Shown piece by piece: positions 1 through 13,589 of a DNA stretch of 64,000 nt (position 1 is its first letter; each line of letters begins with the position of its first letter). Where the stretch lies: NCBI GenBank assembly GCA_043228905.1, contig JBHGNT010000011.1, positions 13,082,001 to 13,146,000 of the forward strand, written 5' to 3'. The notes below the pieces were generated by a model. It was not told where the DNA came from. It was given only the letters and a program-made list of their open reading frames with translations, and did not search any database. Source of the DNA: Azolla caroliniana (Eukaryota > Plantae > Polypodiophyta). The position numbers and the translations under genes are program-made.

Positions 1-1095
1 TGGTCAATGCTTATGTCATCTATTGTGTAAAAATAACGGGAGCCATGTGTTTCTTAGGATGATGCTTATTCATCAGTGATCACTATGAAAGTCTATGATG
101 ATCATTCTAATCATATCATATTCTTCCAATATTTGATAAATTGTCATACAAAATCTATTGTTACTTCTGAAAATGGTTAGTTAGGCCATTATATCATATT
201 CGGGTGTTCAACGCAAATACTTTGTTCATTTTTTAGATATCCATTGTTTATTAAATAAAGTTCATTATATAATAAAACATAGACCAAGCATGTTGACATA
301 AAAATACATCCAAACGGCACAACCTTGGAATTCATAAAATTAATTTAATGAGACATTTGTCTTGCTCGATTGTGATATGGCACATCAAAGATTTTTCTAG
401 TGATAAACATAACTTCACATTTGCATGCAACAAGTTGTAGAAGGTTACTTGCAAGTTGCAGTAGGTTACTTGCAACAAGTTGTGGTAGGCCAAAACATGT
501 GTTGCACATTACAAACAAACTGAAAAACAAGTAAGGTATATAAAACATTAGCCTCATTTGTCAATGGCAAGATTAGTTAGAAAAGTTCTTGTATATATGT
601 ATAGGTATGTTAATGGCATATACAATAGACATTTTGTTAAGTGCGCACTTTGAACACAAGGAAGAAGTGTGCACTTAACCGAGTTGCGCACTTAGGGGTT
701 TTCTAAAACATTTTAGGGTTTTTTGGAAATTTTTAGGGTTTTTTGAAATATTTTCCTTCTGTGCTCTAATCATACAATTCTTGATAAGAAAAGTGATCAA
801 TTTACGTGATATAATTGACCTGAAACGTTTCTGGTTTCAGCATACATACTCTTTACTTTCTTTCTCGATTCTAGATTACCTTTAGTTTTCGCCTTTTTGC
901 TACGTTTGAGGAATACATCCATTACGCATCAAAACTAATGAACTTCCTTGGATGTGATGAGTTTTTTCTTGCGTTTTCTTCCTAGTGGCGGTAGGTTTGA
1001 GGAATCGAAGTGCAGATGGAGGAGATAGGAAAAGAGAGTGGAGGAGCAATGGACAAATCACAGGCTGCAACTTCTATCATCTTGAGAATAAACAA

Positions 1096-1467
1096 TGTAG
1101 AAAGTAGCGTGCAGAAGCAAGTATGAAGACCGAATAGAAGAGAGGAAACTCAGGTTTAATGGAGAGCTTGAGCTTACACGGTATACGCAGGAGAGACAGA
1201 GAGAAACACAAAAAAACTATGTTCAACAATAATACTCGATCTGTACATAAGACGTGCTTCAGTGAACACTTTTATACAAGTCCTAGAAGGACTGACCGAC
1301 GTACTGACAGTACTTCAATGCTCATTAAGAGCTCCTACACTAACTCCCAAATATATTCCTCACGGAATATCTTTCCTAACGGCCTCCCGGTTTACGCACT
1401 CGGCCTAACCAATCCGGTCCTCGGCTTCTTCAGCCGATCCAGCCGATGTTGAGCTTGTCTCTCAACA
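1096..1467 (-). repeat. LTR of element B
   Basis: TG...CA termini; about 6 differences from 8146-8517; AACAA on both sides. Confidence 0.92.
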
Positions 1468-1961
1468 AACAAGATGCACATAAAGAGAGAGAGAGAGAGA
1501 GAGAGAGTCTTTCTTCATGCAGGAAAAGAGCACGCATGCACGTGGCACAAGCACACACAGAAAGAGGACAATAGACGGAAGTTTTGTTGCACATGGTCCG
1601 TTTCATTGAGTTTGCTTCATGTCTCATCACAAAAGCAGACCCTTCTCCGGCTCTCTCGGAGTCTTCGGCGTAGTGCGATCGCTGCCGATTTCCCTTGTCG
1701 GTATGTCCGGAGCCGTTTTCGGAACCGGTTCTCTCCGAATCGGCGCGCTTCTTCCAGCACTCACTTTCCCTGTGGCCTTTCTTGCCATAGTACTAGCACT
1801 CTGCGATGGTCTTCCCTTGCCGGTTCTCATCGCTTCGACTCCCCCTGTTTCCGGAGGGTCCGGAGTTGCTGTCGGCATCACTTCGGTGCCTTCTTCCTTG
1901 ATCTCGTCGGCCGCCTCCATTGCGCGCCAACTCGCCTCCTTGATCTTCGAGGTATAGTCTG

Positions 1962-4900
1962 TGTTGAGAGACAAGCTCAACATCGGCCGTATCGGCTGAA
2001 GAAGCCGAGGACCGGATCAATTGGGACCGATCGGTTAGGCCGAGTGCGTAAACCGGGAGGCCGTTAGGGAAGATATTCCGTGAGGAATATGTTTGGGAGT
2101 TAGTGTAGGAGCTCTTAATGAGCATTGAAGTACCGTCAGTACTTCGGTCAGTCCTTTGAGGACTTGTATAAAAGTGTTCACGGAACACACATGTGTATAG
2201 AGTGGTGAATAGAGATTTGAGTTGTTGTTGAATATAGTTCTTGTGTTTTCTCTCTCTCTCTCTCTCACTCTCTCTGTCTCTCCTGCGTATACTGTGTAAG
2301 CTCAAGCTCTCCATTAAACCTGAGTGTTCTTCCTTCTGTTCGCTCTTCATACTTGCTTCTGCACGCTATTTTCTACAAGGTATCAGAGCGCGAGGGTTGA
2401 GAACCTCTCTGCAGCCGACACAGTTTGACGAAGAAGAACAAGAAGAACAATGGATAGAGGCATGGCGAGCTCGCTTCCAACAGAGAAGCTCGACAGAACC
2501 AACTACGCCTCTTGGTCCTACAAGATGCACCAGTACCTGCTCGGGCACGACTACTGGAGTTATGTCGAAGGAGCTAATGACGCGGCACCCGAATTGACAC
2601 ATAGAGACTTCCCGTCGTGGGAGCAATCGGCGAGCAGGGTACTATACTTCTTCGCATCATGTGTGGGCGAACAACTATTGAGCTATGTTCAGGATGCAAA
2701 GACGCCGAAGGGTGCGTGGGAAAATCTGAAGAAGATTTTCGCCGCGAGCACCACATCTAGGAAGCTCCAGCTCCGACAGGAGTTGAGCAACCTACGACAA
2801 CGCGACTTGTCGGTGGCGGACTATACCTCGAAGATCAAGGATATCTGCGACTCCCTCGCCTCCATAGAGGTGAATATCGAGGAGAGCGAGATGGTCCAGA
2901 TCTGTCTCGGAGGTTTGGCGTCGAAGTTCGGAGCGTTCCGAACGGCTGTGTGTACCCGGGAGAATACGCCGTCCTTTTTCGACTTACAGTCGATGCTCCT
3001 GGTAGAGGAGAACCACGCGGGTGCATCGACGAGCACGCACACCGACAGCAAGATGTTGTACACGGAGGGAGAAAGGCCCCGTGGTTGTGGCGGACGAGGC
3101 GAGTCGGTACGCAATGGAGGCGACCGACGAGATCAAGGAAGAAGGCACCGAAGTGATGCCGACAGCAACTCCGGACCCTTCGGAAACAGGGGGAGTCGAA
3201 GCGATGAGAACCGGCAAGGGAAGGCCATCGCAGAGTGCTGGTACTGTGGCAAGAAAGGCCACAGGGAAAGTGAGTGCTGGAAGAAGCGTGCCGATTCGGA
3301 GAGAACCGGTTCCGGAAACGGCTCCAGACATACCGATAAGGGAAATCGACAGCGATCGCACTACGCCGAAGACTCCGGGAGAGCCGGAGAAGGGTCTGCT
3401 TTCGTGACGAGACACGAAGCAAACTCAATGAAACGGACCACCCCGAGATCGGACGAGGTGTGGTACGTAGACTCCGGCGCGTCAAACCACATGACGAGCC
3501 ATAAGGGGTGGTTCTCGTACCTGGAAAAACCGATACAACCTGGAGTAGTCGCAACAAGAGACGACACTCCGCATCTGATCGCGAATGTCGGAGAAGTTCC
3601 CCTTAGCCATGTCGGGCAGAAAGGGAAACTCATGAACATGCTGCACGTTTCGACAATCACGAAAAACTTGGTCTCGGTCGGACAGATCGTCGACCAAGGG
3701 ATGGAGGTTCGGTTTACACACCTCGGGTGCTTCATTGAGGAAGAAGGCCGTGTGATTGCGCAAGGGCGCAGAGACGGGAGGATGTTCATCCTCGACTCCA
3801 CTGACGGTGGCACCACAATGTTCACGAAGGGACAAAAACCCGAGTCGGACATCGACTTGTGGCACAAGCGGATAGGCCACGTCAACTACTAGCGGCTTCA
3901 AGATCTGCAATCGAAACAGGTAGTGTTCGGATTGCCCAAATTTAGAGGCTGAAAGGCACAAATTTGTGAAGCCTGCCAGCTCAGGAAGCAACACCGACTT
4001 CCTTTCCCCAACGAGCGAAATCGGAGCCGGAACAAGCTCGACCTTATACACTCCGATGTGTGGGGGCCGGCACAAAACGTTAGTCTTGGCGGGAGCCGAT
4101 ATTTCGTCTCCTTCATCGACGACCACACGCGGCACACGTGGATCTACCTCATTGAGAGGAAGAGCGAAGTCTTCGACTGTTTCCGTGACCTCAAAGGGTT
4201 CGTGGAAACGGAAACGGGACGGAAGATCAAGTGCCTGCGGTCAGATGGCGGGAAAGAGTACTTTTCTGGTCAATTCAACAGTTATCTACAACAAATGGGA
4301 ATTCGGCGCGAATTAAGTTGTAGATACACGCCAGAGCAGAATGACGTGGCCGAGAGGAAGAATCGGTCAGTTGTGGAAGCGGCACGGGCAATGCTGGAGG
4401 AGAAGAGCTTGCCCAAGTTCTATTGGGCCGAGGCGGTAAGGACCGCGGTATACATCCAGAACCGGATCGGAGACAAAGTGTCGGCGCACGAGCTATATTT
4501 CGGAACGAAGCCGAACTTGCGACACTTGAGGGTGTTCGGTAGCATTGTGTATGTGCATATACCGAAGGAGAAAAGGAGGAAGCTGGACGCAAAGGCCGAG
4601 AAATGCATCTTGGTCGGTTACTCGGACGAGCAGAAGGGTTATAAGTGCTATAACCCTCACACCAAACAAGCGCATGTCAGCCGCGACGTTGTGTTTGACG
4701 AGTCCGCGTCCTGGTACCTGCCCCCGACTACGAACCTCGCCTCCAATCCGAGCTCTGACGATGGGGTCAGCGAGGCCGAGATGCCTCCGGATGAGCCCGA
4801 AATCGAGACCCACGAAGAGAGTCCGATTTCACTCCGGTTAAGTGGACCGATTGGACGACTGAGTCGGTACGACCAGTCCGATGAAGAGCCGGCGAGTAGT

Positions 4901-7701
4901 GGAGACTTGGCCGTGCATTCCCTGCGCAGAAAGCCGAGGAGACGGCTTACGCGCAAAGAGAAAGGGAAGAAGAAGGTGTCGGATTCCGGCACGGATAGGA
5001 ACGAGTCAGACCGACGCGAGTTCGACTCCGAGGGAACCGGTGACGGGTCTTTAAAGATAAAGACCGCGTCGACCGAGAAGGCCTCGACATCGGCTAATGT
5101 GAGATTACACCGATCTACCCGCCAGAAGAATCTTGTTTTGCGGTTCGGATACAACGAGTACATGGCGCATCATTATGCGTACATGACCCGTGTAGCGGAA
5201 GTGTGTGAGCCGGAGAGCTACGCAGATGCGGCTAAAGACGCGAATTGGCGTGCCGCGATGGAGGAAGAGATGCACGCATTGGCGGAGAACAAGACCTGGG
5301 ACCTGGTTGACGCCCCAAGAGGGGTAAAACTGATCGGGTGTAGGTGGGTATACAAAGTCAAGTACAACACCGATGGCTCGGTCAACCGGTACAAGGCTCG
5401 GCTAGTGGCAAAGGGCTACGCGCAGAAACACGGCATCGACTACGATGAGACGTTTGCGCTGGTCGCGAAGATGACGATCGTCCGTGTTTTGCTCGCAGTA
5501 GCTGTGGTGAAGGGGTGGCACTTACATCAGATGGATGTAAAGAATGCGTTCCTGCAAGGTGACCTTGAGGAACAGGTGTACATGGTACAACCCCCCGGAT
5601 TTCACTCCGGAACGAACTCCTTGGTAGTATGCCGACTCAAGATGTCCCTTTACGGACTGAAGCAAGCCCCGCGTGCCTGGAATGCGAAGATCACGCAACA
5701 ACTGCGTCGGTTGGGCTTCGTCACGTCAAAATCGGACTCTTCCCTGTTCATCCGGAAAGATTGACTCGGACCGGTTAGTATTCTACTATATGTTGATGAC
5801 TTGGTCATCACCGGTGCCGACCTAGGTGAAATCGACCGCGTGAAGCTCCAGCTTGCGGCATCGTTCGACATGAAGGATATGGGGGACCTTCATTACTTCC
5901 TCGGGATCGAAGTAATCCGTACCCCCGAAGGCATATTGATCAGCCAACGTCATTACGTGTTGAGTATGCTCTTCAAATTCGGGATGGCCGACTGTAAGTC
6001 CGTCTCGACTCCTCTGGACAGAACCATCAAGCTTCGTCCCGATACGGGAAAGGTATGCGACCCGACGAGGTTCCGACAAATTGTCGGAAGCCTCATATAC
6101 TTGACCATCACCCGACCCGACCTCAGTTATCCGGTCGGAGTGATCAGTCAGTTCATGGCGCGACCTACCGAGGAGCACCTTCAGTGTGCGCAACGCATAC
6201 TTCGGTATGTCAACGGCACTAAGGACCGGGGATTGCTATATCGGACCGGTGCAGCCGCGCAGTTAGTCGGCTACACCGATGTTGATTGGGCTGGCAACGC
6301 TGCCAATCGCCGATCCACGTCCGGATACGCGTTCTCCCTCGGGAGTGCCGCGATCGCGTGGAGCAGTAAGAAGCAGCCGACAGTTGCACTGTCGAGCACC
6401 GAAGCTGAGTACCGAGGAGCGGCTGTCGTGACATGCGAAGCCATATGGTTGAAGCGGCTACTTTAGGACCTGCAGGAGGAGGTGTTAGATCCGACGACGA
6501 TCTACTGCGACAACCTCAGCAGCATCCAACTCGCGAAAAACCCCGTTTTCCACGCACGGACCAAGCACATTGAGGTGCATTACCATTTCGTCCGTGAGCG
6601 TGTCCTTTCCGGTGAAGTCGAACTTCAGTACGTTCCGACGGATCGGCAGACTGCCGACATCTTCACCAAGCCTCTTGGTCTGGACAAGTTGCAGCAATTC
6701 TCAGGTTCGCTCGGATTGCGTCACCTCGACGTGCCAAACTTGAGGGGGAGGAAAGTCCCGAATGACTAAGCAAGGCAGTAGGAAAGGAGCAGAGACCGCG
6801 ACATCGAGTCCGAGTCGGTTGACTCGGTTGTCGAGTTCGACTTCGGATCGGCTGAAGAAGCCGAGGGTGGACCCGCGGAAAAGTTCGGAAGAGGACAGAA
6901 GGGGAGCAACCGAAGGAGAGAGCCGAAGCCAACCACGCATGGGGAAGATGACGCCACCGAGGGCGAGAAGACCGAAGACGAGTTGGAGACAGCCAACTCG
7001 AACGAGAGCGAAAACCGATCGGAGGTAGCCGAGTCGGTTCAGATGTTTGATTCAGACACGCTGAATCAACCGAGGCCCAAGCGGAAGAAAAGGCAGCAGG
7101 AGAAGCGTCAACACCGCAACAACAGAAGAACTGATAAGGGCCACATGTGTAGACAAGCCGACCGGAAGGGTCGAAGCGCACGGAGTCGAACAGGTCGAGG
7201 AGCGCGAGCGAGGCGTGGAGCCAGGAGGAACCGGAGCTGTGAGCCCAAGGATCCCGAAGAGCCTCGAGTTGAGCTTGAGGGGGAGTGTTGAGAGACAAGC
7301 TCAACATCGGCCGGATTGGCTGAAGAAGCCGAGGACCGGATCGGTTGGGACCGATCGGTTAGGCCGAGTGCGTAAACCGGGAGGCCGTTAGGGAAGATAT
7401 TCCGTGAGGAATATGTTTGGGAGTTAGTGTAGGAGCTCTTAATGAGCATTGAAGTACCGTCAGTACTTCGGTCAGCCCTTCGAGGACTTGTATAAAAGTG
7501 TTCACGGAACACACATGTGTATAGAGTGGTGAATAGAGATTTGAGTTGTTGTTGAATATAGTTCTTGTGTTTTCTCTCTCTCTCTCTCTCACTCTCTCTG
7601 TCTCTCCTGTGTATAATGCGTAAGCTCAAGCTCTCCATTAAACCTGAGTGTTCTTCCTTCTGTTCGGTCTTCATACTTGCTTCCGCACGTTATTTTCTAC
7701 A
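1962..7701 (+). mobile_element. Element A: full-length Ty1/Copia retrotransposon nested in gag of B
   Basis: 416-bp LTRs at 1962-2377 and 7286-7701; PBS AGGTATCAGAGC at 2378; PPT GAGGGGGAG before 7286; degenerate TSD GTCTG/GTTCG; domain order gag-PR-INT-RT-RH. Confidence 0.96.
2450..7291 (+). pseudogene. Copia gag-pol of element A with in-frame stops and a C-terminal extension
   Basis: Zinc knuckle CWYCGKKGHRESEC; protease WYVDSGASNHM; integrase [15 protein letters not shown]; [16 protein letters not shown]; RNase H IYCDN. ORF pieces 2450, 4058, 5801, 6482 and 6983 share one frame. Confidence 0.93.
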
Positions 7702-8145
7702 GTTCGCCACTGACAAGTCGCGTTGTCGTAGGTTGCTCAACTCCTGTCGGAGCTGAAGCTTCCTAGCTGTGGTGCTCACGGCGAAAATCTTCTTCAGATT
7801 TTCCCACGCACCCTTCGGCGTCTTTGCATCCCGAATATAGGTCAATAGCTGTTCGCCCACACACGACGCGAAGTAGTATAATACCCTGCTCGCCGATTGC
7901 TCCCACGACGGGAAGTCTCTGTGTGTCGATTCGGGTGCCGTGTCATTAGCTCCTTCGACATAAATCCAGTAGCCGTGCTCGAGCAGGTACTAGTGCATCT
8001 TGTAGGACCAAGAGGCGTAGTTGGTTCTGTCGAGCTTCTCTGTTGGAAGCGAGCTCGCCATGCCTCTATCCATCGTTCTTCTTGTTCTTCTTCGTCAAGC
8101 TGTGCCGACTGTAGAGAGGTTCTCAACCGTCGCGCTCTGATACCA

Positions 8146-8517
8146 TGTCGAAAGTAGCGTGCGGAAGCAAGTATGAAGACCAAATAGAAGAGAGGAAACT
8201 CAGGTTTAATGGAGAGCTTGAGCTTACACGGTATACGCAGGAGAGACAGAGAGAAACACAAGAAAACTATGTTCAACAATAATACTCGATCTGTACATAA
8301 GACGTGCTTCAGTGAACACTTTTATACAAGTCCTAGAAGGACTGACCGAAGTACTGACAGTACTTCAATGCTCATTAAGAGCTCCTACACTAACTCCCAA
8401 ATATATTCCTCACGGAATATCTTTCCTAACGGCCTCCCGGTTTACGCACTCGGCCTAACCGATCCGGTCCTCGGCTTCTTCAGCCGATCCAGCCGATGTT
8501 GAGCTTGTCTCTCAACA
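8146..8517 (-). repeat. 5' LTR of element B
   Basis: Adjacent to PBS (GCTCTGATACCA on plus strand); direct repeat of 1096-1467. Confidence 0.92.
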
Positions 8518-8531
8518 AACAAGATGCACAT

Positions 8532-8576
<45 letters not shown>

Positions 8577-8786
8577 CTTTCTTCATGTAGGAAAAGAGCA
8601 CGCATGCACGTGGCACAAGCACACACAGAAAGAGGACAATAGACGGAAGTTTTGTTGCACATGGAGAAGGAGAGCTCGCGTTCACGAACGATCACTACAC
8701 AAACTTGACTATTCACAATCATCAAGAATTGTTTGCCCTTCTTTGCTTATGTTCTTTAATCAGGAATCAAAATCATAGACTTGTAA

Positions 8787-8895
<109 letters not shown>

Positions 8896-9939
8896 AGAAC
8901 ACATGACACACACAAAGACATATACATAGACATACACACATAAACTCCTTTTGTTTTTTTTGAATGTTTGAACATAATTTCAATTTGGTTTAATGTAATT
9001 TCGTCATGAAACAATGTAAATTTTTTGATTTGGATTTTGACCTCTATAAAAAACGCACTTAATAGAATGGTGCAGTTAAGTGGGCACACACTTAACCGAA
9101 TGTCTACTGTATGTGCAACTAGTGATTTTCAAATGGGTTCATGATTAGTTCATTAATTGTGAGGATGGTGCACTCAAACGACTTAGAAGATCAAGAAACA
9201 TTTCATGAAAGACAATCAACGATAATATCGTCTAGCTAGGTTGATGCATTATTCGACTGCAATTATGGTCTAGATAGGTTGATGCATTATTAAACTACAA
9301 TTGCGCCTTCCTTTTATTTATTGGTGCTACTGTGGAATACCATGTGTGTGAGAGTGGGGTTGAATAGCTCTATCATCAAAAGTTGACTATACAAAAGTGC
9401 ACGTTAAGTCTTTAGTAATGTAGTGTCTAGACAACTTGTATTCAAAGCCCTGAGGCTCTTACATTTTGTGGTTTGATGGGAAGTTTCTTTATAGATAATT
9501 AATTAATGTACCTATTAAATTTCAAGGAAGGATCAACAACTAATCCACACGAGGTTCAATGATTTTCACTTTCTTGATAAAATTGTCCTATTGTCAATAG
9601 TTAATTGATCCACGAGAGGTAGAATGATTTTCACTATCATCAATTAATAGGTAATTGCTAACATTTATCGTAATTATTTCTCTTATTGGTTCATATAAGT
9701 GGCATTACTAAATCCAGATTGACCACAATTATACTTTTTTGATGTAATCAATAACCTTAATCATTAGGCCATTAACTTTTTACTCCTTTTTTTATATTTA
9801 CTCATTTGTATGAATTTATGTGGTTGTCCCCCCCACATCAATTCATTAGGCTCTCTATGTTTGGGTCGTCCTCCTGCAACTTCTTCTAATTGTTGTAAAA
9901 CTTTGTTGCAATCATCAATGTGATCACGGTCTCGTTTTT

Positions 9940-10541
9940 GTCTTCTTTAGAACACCCCTTGATTAGCATATTGTCAAGGAAAGGCACGATGATGTGTGCG
10001 ATACAATCTCTTAGCATCTTGTTCATTGCATGTGGGGTACAAAGTTAGTGCCACCTTGCATCGTGAAGGTTGCACATCCTCAATGAAGTGCAAAGTCCCA
10101 TTCTTCTTTGGCACTAAACCAGTGATTAGAGTAAGATACACTTGATGGCTAAAGTATACCCATGTTTATCTTCTCTTCCAATACTCTATCAACTTTAGAA
10201 TGTGAGCTCTTTACACAAGGATCAACTTAATGTTCCATGGCATGTGCAACATATTGAAAATCACCATTGGCTCCACAATTTTATGGTTAGCATACCCTAT
10301 CTCCTTTGGTGAGAAGATAAAATCCTTTCTATGGCTTTTGATCATCCTTCCAAACTCAGAGTCCTATTTGGGCAATAGGAAAACACCTCCTTTGATTTGG
10401 AGCTTCCCTTGTGTTTCGTCAATGAAGATGTGCCCAATGCTTCTCGTAAACTAGGATCAACCACTACTCCCTTCATCCTTTGCCAACTATCTGTTGGCAT
10501 AAAAGGCTGACTCCTTCTAGCTTGTATCCTAAGTGTGAACA
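9940..10541 (-). pseudogene. Highly decayed Ty3/Gypsy RT relic
   Basis: Minus strand near 10080-10125 reads WF-x-VPKKNGTLHFIEDVQP, resembling the RT N-terminal motif; many frameshifts. Confidence 0.45.
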
Positions 10542-11755
10542 TGTTCTTGAGATAGGGGTTGACTATATAAGCTCACCTAATGTAACAAAGTCTTCTTTTG
10601 AGCACATCTCTCTTTCTCACTATCTCTCAATGTAATTGTGCATATCTCTAGTTGCGTTGTTTGCTAGATTCATTGACAAGTCCTTAATCATCTTCCACAC
10701 CAACATCTCTACATATTATCTCCATCAAGTGGTATCAGAGTGACTTGCAATCCAACAACAACAGTAGCACAAACCTGAGAAGAGAAGAAACGTTTGAAGG
10801 GAAGGACCATGTCAACAAATCCCCATTCCCAAAGAACATGGCCTCTACATCCGGCACTCGAGTAGAAATCCAAAAGTTCGACGGCAAAAACTTTTCCCTA
10901 TGGAAGGAGATGATGCAAGATGTACTGATAATCCGACGTCAAATTGAGGCAATACGACACAATAACAAGTCAACCTCGATGGCAACAGACCAATGCTGTT
11001 CACTGGAGGAAATAGCCAGGTCGACCATTTGAATGCATCTGGTCAAGAACATCTACTTCAGTACGACCAAAGAGACGACGGCATTTACCCTATCGGAGAA
11101 GCTTTAGGCCGTTTATGAGAAGCAATCCTCCTCATCAAAGCTCATATTGATCCGACAGTTGTTCAAAATGAAGATGAGAGAGATAGATATGCCGACCTCC
11201 CACATCAACACCTTCAACCGGGTGTTATCCGAACTCTCCTCCCAAGGGATTAACTTTGAAGAAGAAGAGAAAGCCCTTGCCTTACTTTTGAGTTTGCTGG
11301 CGAGTTGGGAGGTATTCTGCACGACATTCGCCAATAGCTACCCAAAGCTGAACCTAGATGAAACGATTGGCCAAATCCTCATAGAGGACATTCACCGAAA
11401 ATCGATGGGATCACCATCAACGACTTGGTAGAAGCCCACCACTCGACTGAACAAGCCGAAAGAACCGACCGAAGAAACAGTCGGTCAAGAAGGAGGATCG
11501 ACAATTGACATCAGTCGAAGTCGAGGAATAGTTGATCAAGTGCTTTTTGCACCGATTGCAGAAAGTCTGGTCACGATGCCTCTTACTGTTGGTCAATCAA
11601 GAAGAAGGAGAGCGGTCGACAATTCGAGCAGAATCCAAGAAAATTCGACTCGAACCGTTCTCCCACTGGAAATCAAGTTAATGTTGCCGAATCCTGGTCG
11701 GGAGAAATCCTCTCATTAGAGGAATCATCGACTAGTGAAGTCTTATACAACGCGC

Positions 11756-12674
11756 TGTCGGGGTAGTTGTGGTTCGTGCGGCGAAGTCGCGGGGACTAAG
11801 GTCAAGGGGGAGTTGAAGGAACTTTTATAAGGCTTGCGCACAAATGTTAGGAAGATTAAGGATAAAAAGAATAAGAGTTTAAAGTAATGTGTGTGAGAGA
11901 GAGACAAGTATAGATAAAGGATAGAGACAATGTATGATTCAAGAAAGAAGATTGAGACAAAGTATGATTCTAGAAAGAAGATTGAGACAAAGTATGATTC
12001 AAAGAACAAGGGTATATGATATAAACATGATGTATATTAACAATATAATATTTTACCAACTTTACAATCCTCGATCGCAAACTGAACACATTCTCTATCG
12101 ACCCTTGATTTGAACCCACGACCTCAACTTCGAAACGAGAGGTTCTCCACCCAATGAGCTAGTCTTCTTTAATTGATTGTATTATTTTCTCACTCTCTCT
12201 TGATTCCTTGATTCCCTTTTGTTTTCCTTTCCCCTCTTTTTATAAGTATTTCCATGCATATGGTAATGTCATGCATGTAATGCATGAGTTACATCTGATG
12301 CATGATCGCCATTTGGCGCACATGCATTGCATGTGATGCATGATAGCCATCATGCTCATTTGAGCTCCCATGTATTGGGATAAGTATAATAATGGATATA
12401 ACCCTAAAACAAATAACCTAGCTTAGTGGTGTATGGTTTGTGCTTGATATACAAGGTTGAGGGTTCAAGTCCCTCAATTTTACTTAATACAATATTTAAG
12501 TTTATTCTTATATAGTGAAACACATTCTTGACAACATTTCTAAAAACAAATAGCCTACCCTAGTGGTATATACATTGTGCTTGGTTTATAAGGTTGTGGG
12601 TTCAAGTGTTTGAAATATTATTGAATTCAATATTAAAATTTATTTTTATATCGTGAAGCAAATCCTTCACGACA
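11756..12674 (-). mobile_element. Solo LTR of the TGTCGTGAAG-terminus Gypsy group
   Basis: TGTCG...CGACA termini; 4-bp TSD GCGC; removing it restores the host frame EVLYNAQDAHTWLLDS. Confidence 0.88.
12415..12481 (+). other. tRNA-like cassette (A box, anticodon arm, T arm, TTTT) inside a solo LTR
   Basis: TAGCTTAGTGG at 12419; TTGTG-CTTGATA-TACAA arm; GAGGG-TTCAAGT-CCCTC arm; diverged second copy at about 12555-12611; no convincing acceptor stem. Confidence 0.6.
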
Positions 12675-13557
12675 GCGCAAGATGCGCATACGTGGCTACT
12701 AGATTCCGAAGACACATTTCATGTCACCCGGAATATTGAATGGTTTTTGAACTATTCGGCTAGAGCCAACGGCACAATCCGACTAGTCAATGGGCAGGAA
12801 TGTAAAATTGCCAGAATTAGCGATGTGTCAATTCGACTGCCAAATGGCAATACAATCGTCCTACACCAAGTTCGGCATGTACCCGTGTTGAAGAGGAGTT
12901 TGGTCTCCATCGGCATGCTAGCCGAAGCTGGGTATAGAATGACTCTCAACAAGTGATCATGGATGATCAACCAAGGAAATCTGAAAATCGAGAATGGATA
13001 CAAGTACAATAACTTGTATCCTCTAATGGCTATCAATTTAGAAGGGGTCGTGAACATAGCCGAATCTTGTCACTCGAACCTATGACATGGCCTTCTCGGC
13101 CACATGTCACAAACCGAACTGGACCAGTTGATAGCGATTAGCTACATGCCGAAGCTCCAGACAAAGATGGACTTCTATGAGCATTGTCGCTACGGGAAAC
13201 AGACCCAAAGTTCTCACTCTCTCTACTACTCGCTGGTACATCATCCCCTAGAATTGGTCCACATAGATATATGTGGACTAATGCCTGAAAGGTCACTAGG
13301 AGGCTCCCGGTACTTCATCATATTCATAGATGACTGTACACGGAAGGTCTGGGCCTACTCGATTAGGTCGAAAGGAGAAGCACTCGAGGTCTTCTCTCGG
13401 TGGTTATCCGAAGTGGAGAACTGACCAGGACACCGAGTAAAGACACTTCGGTTGTTGAGGCCACATTTGTAAATAGCCCCTAAAATTATATATGTATAAA
13501 TATAACTAGGGCAACACTGTTCTATGGGAAAAGTTGTTGCCGTTGTTGTGTGTGTTG

Positions 13558-13589
<32 letters not shown>

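Larger units (their letters stand above)
1096..8517 (-). mobile_element. Element B: truncated, rearranged Ty1/Copia (same family as A)
   Basis: Two 372-bp LTRs (8146-8517, 1096-1467); tRNA-iMet PBS at 8134-8145; gag fragments at 7702-8070 and 1598-1961; outer TSD AACAA; no pol. Confidence 0.9.
10542..13452 (+). mobile_element. Element C: old 3'-truncated Ty1/Copia
   Basis: Short LTR at about 10542-10727; PBS TGGTATCAGAG at 10730; gag EIQKFDGKNFSLWK; protease WLLDS; integrase LELVHIDICG/FIDDCTRKVW; multiple stops. Confidence 0.8.

Noticed and set aside
425-490. Short 21-25-bp imperfect tandem repeat and the 70-aa ORF over it
   Set aside because: Only about three degenerate units; no coding evidence.
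12415-12481. Functional tRNA-Ser(UGA) gene
   Set aside because: No good acceptor stem or long variable arm, and the duplicate has a different anticodon; kept only as a tRNA-like cassette.
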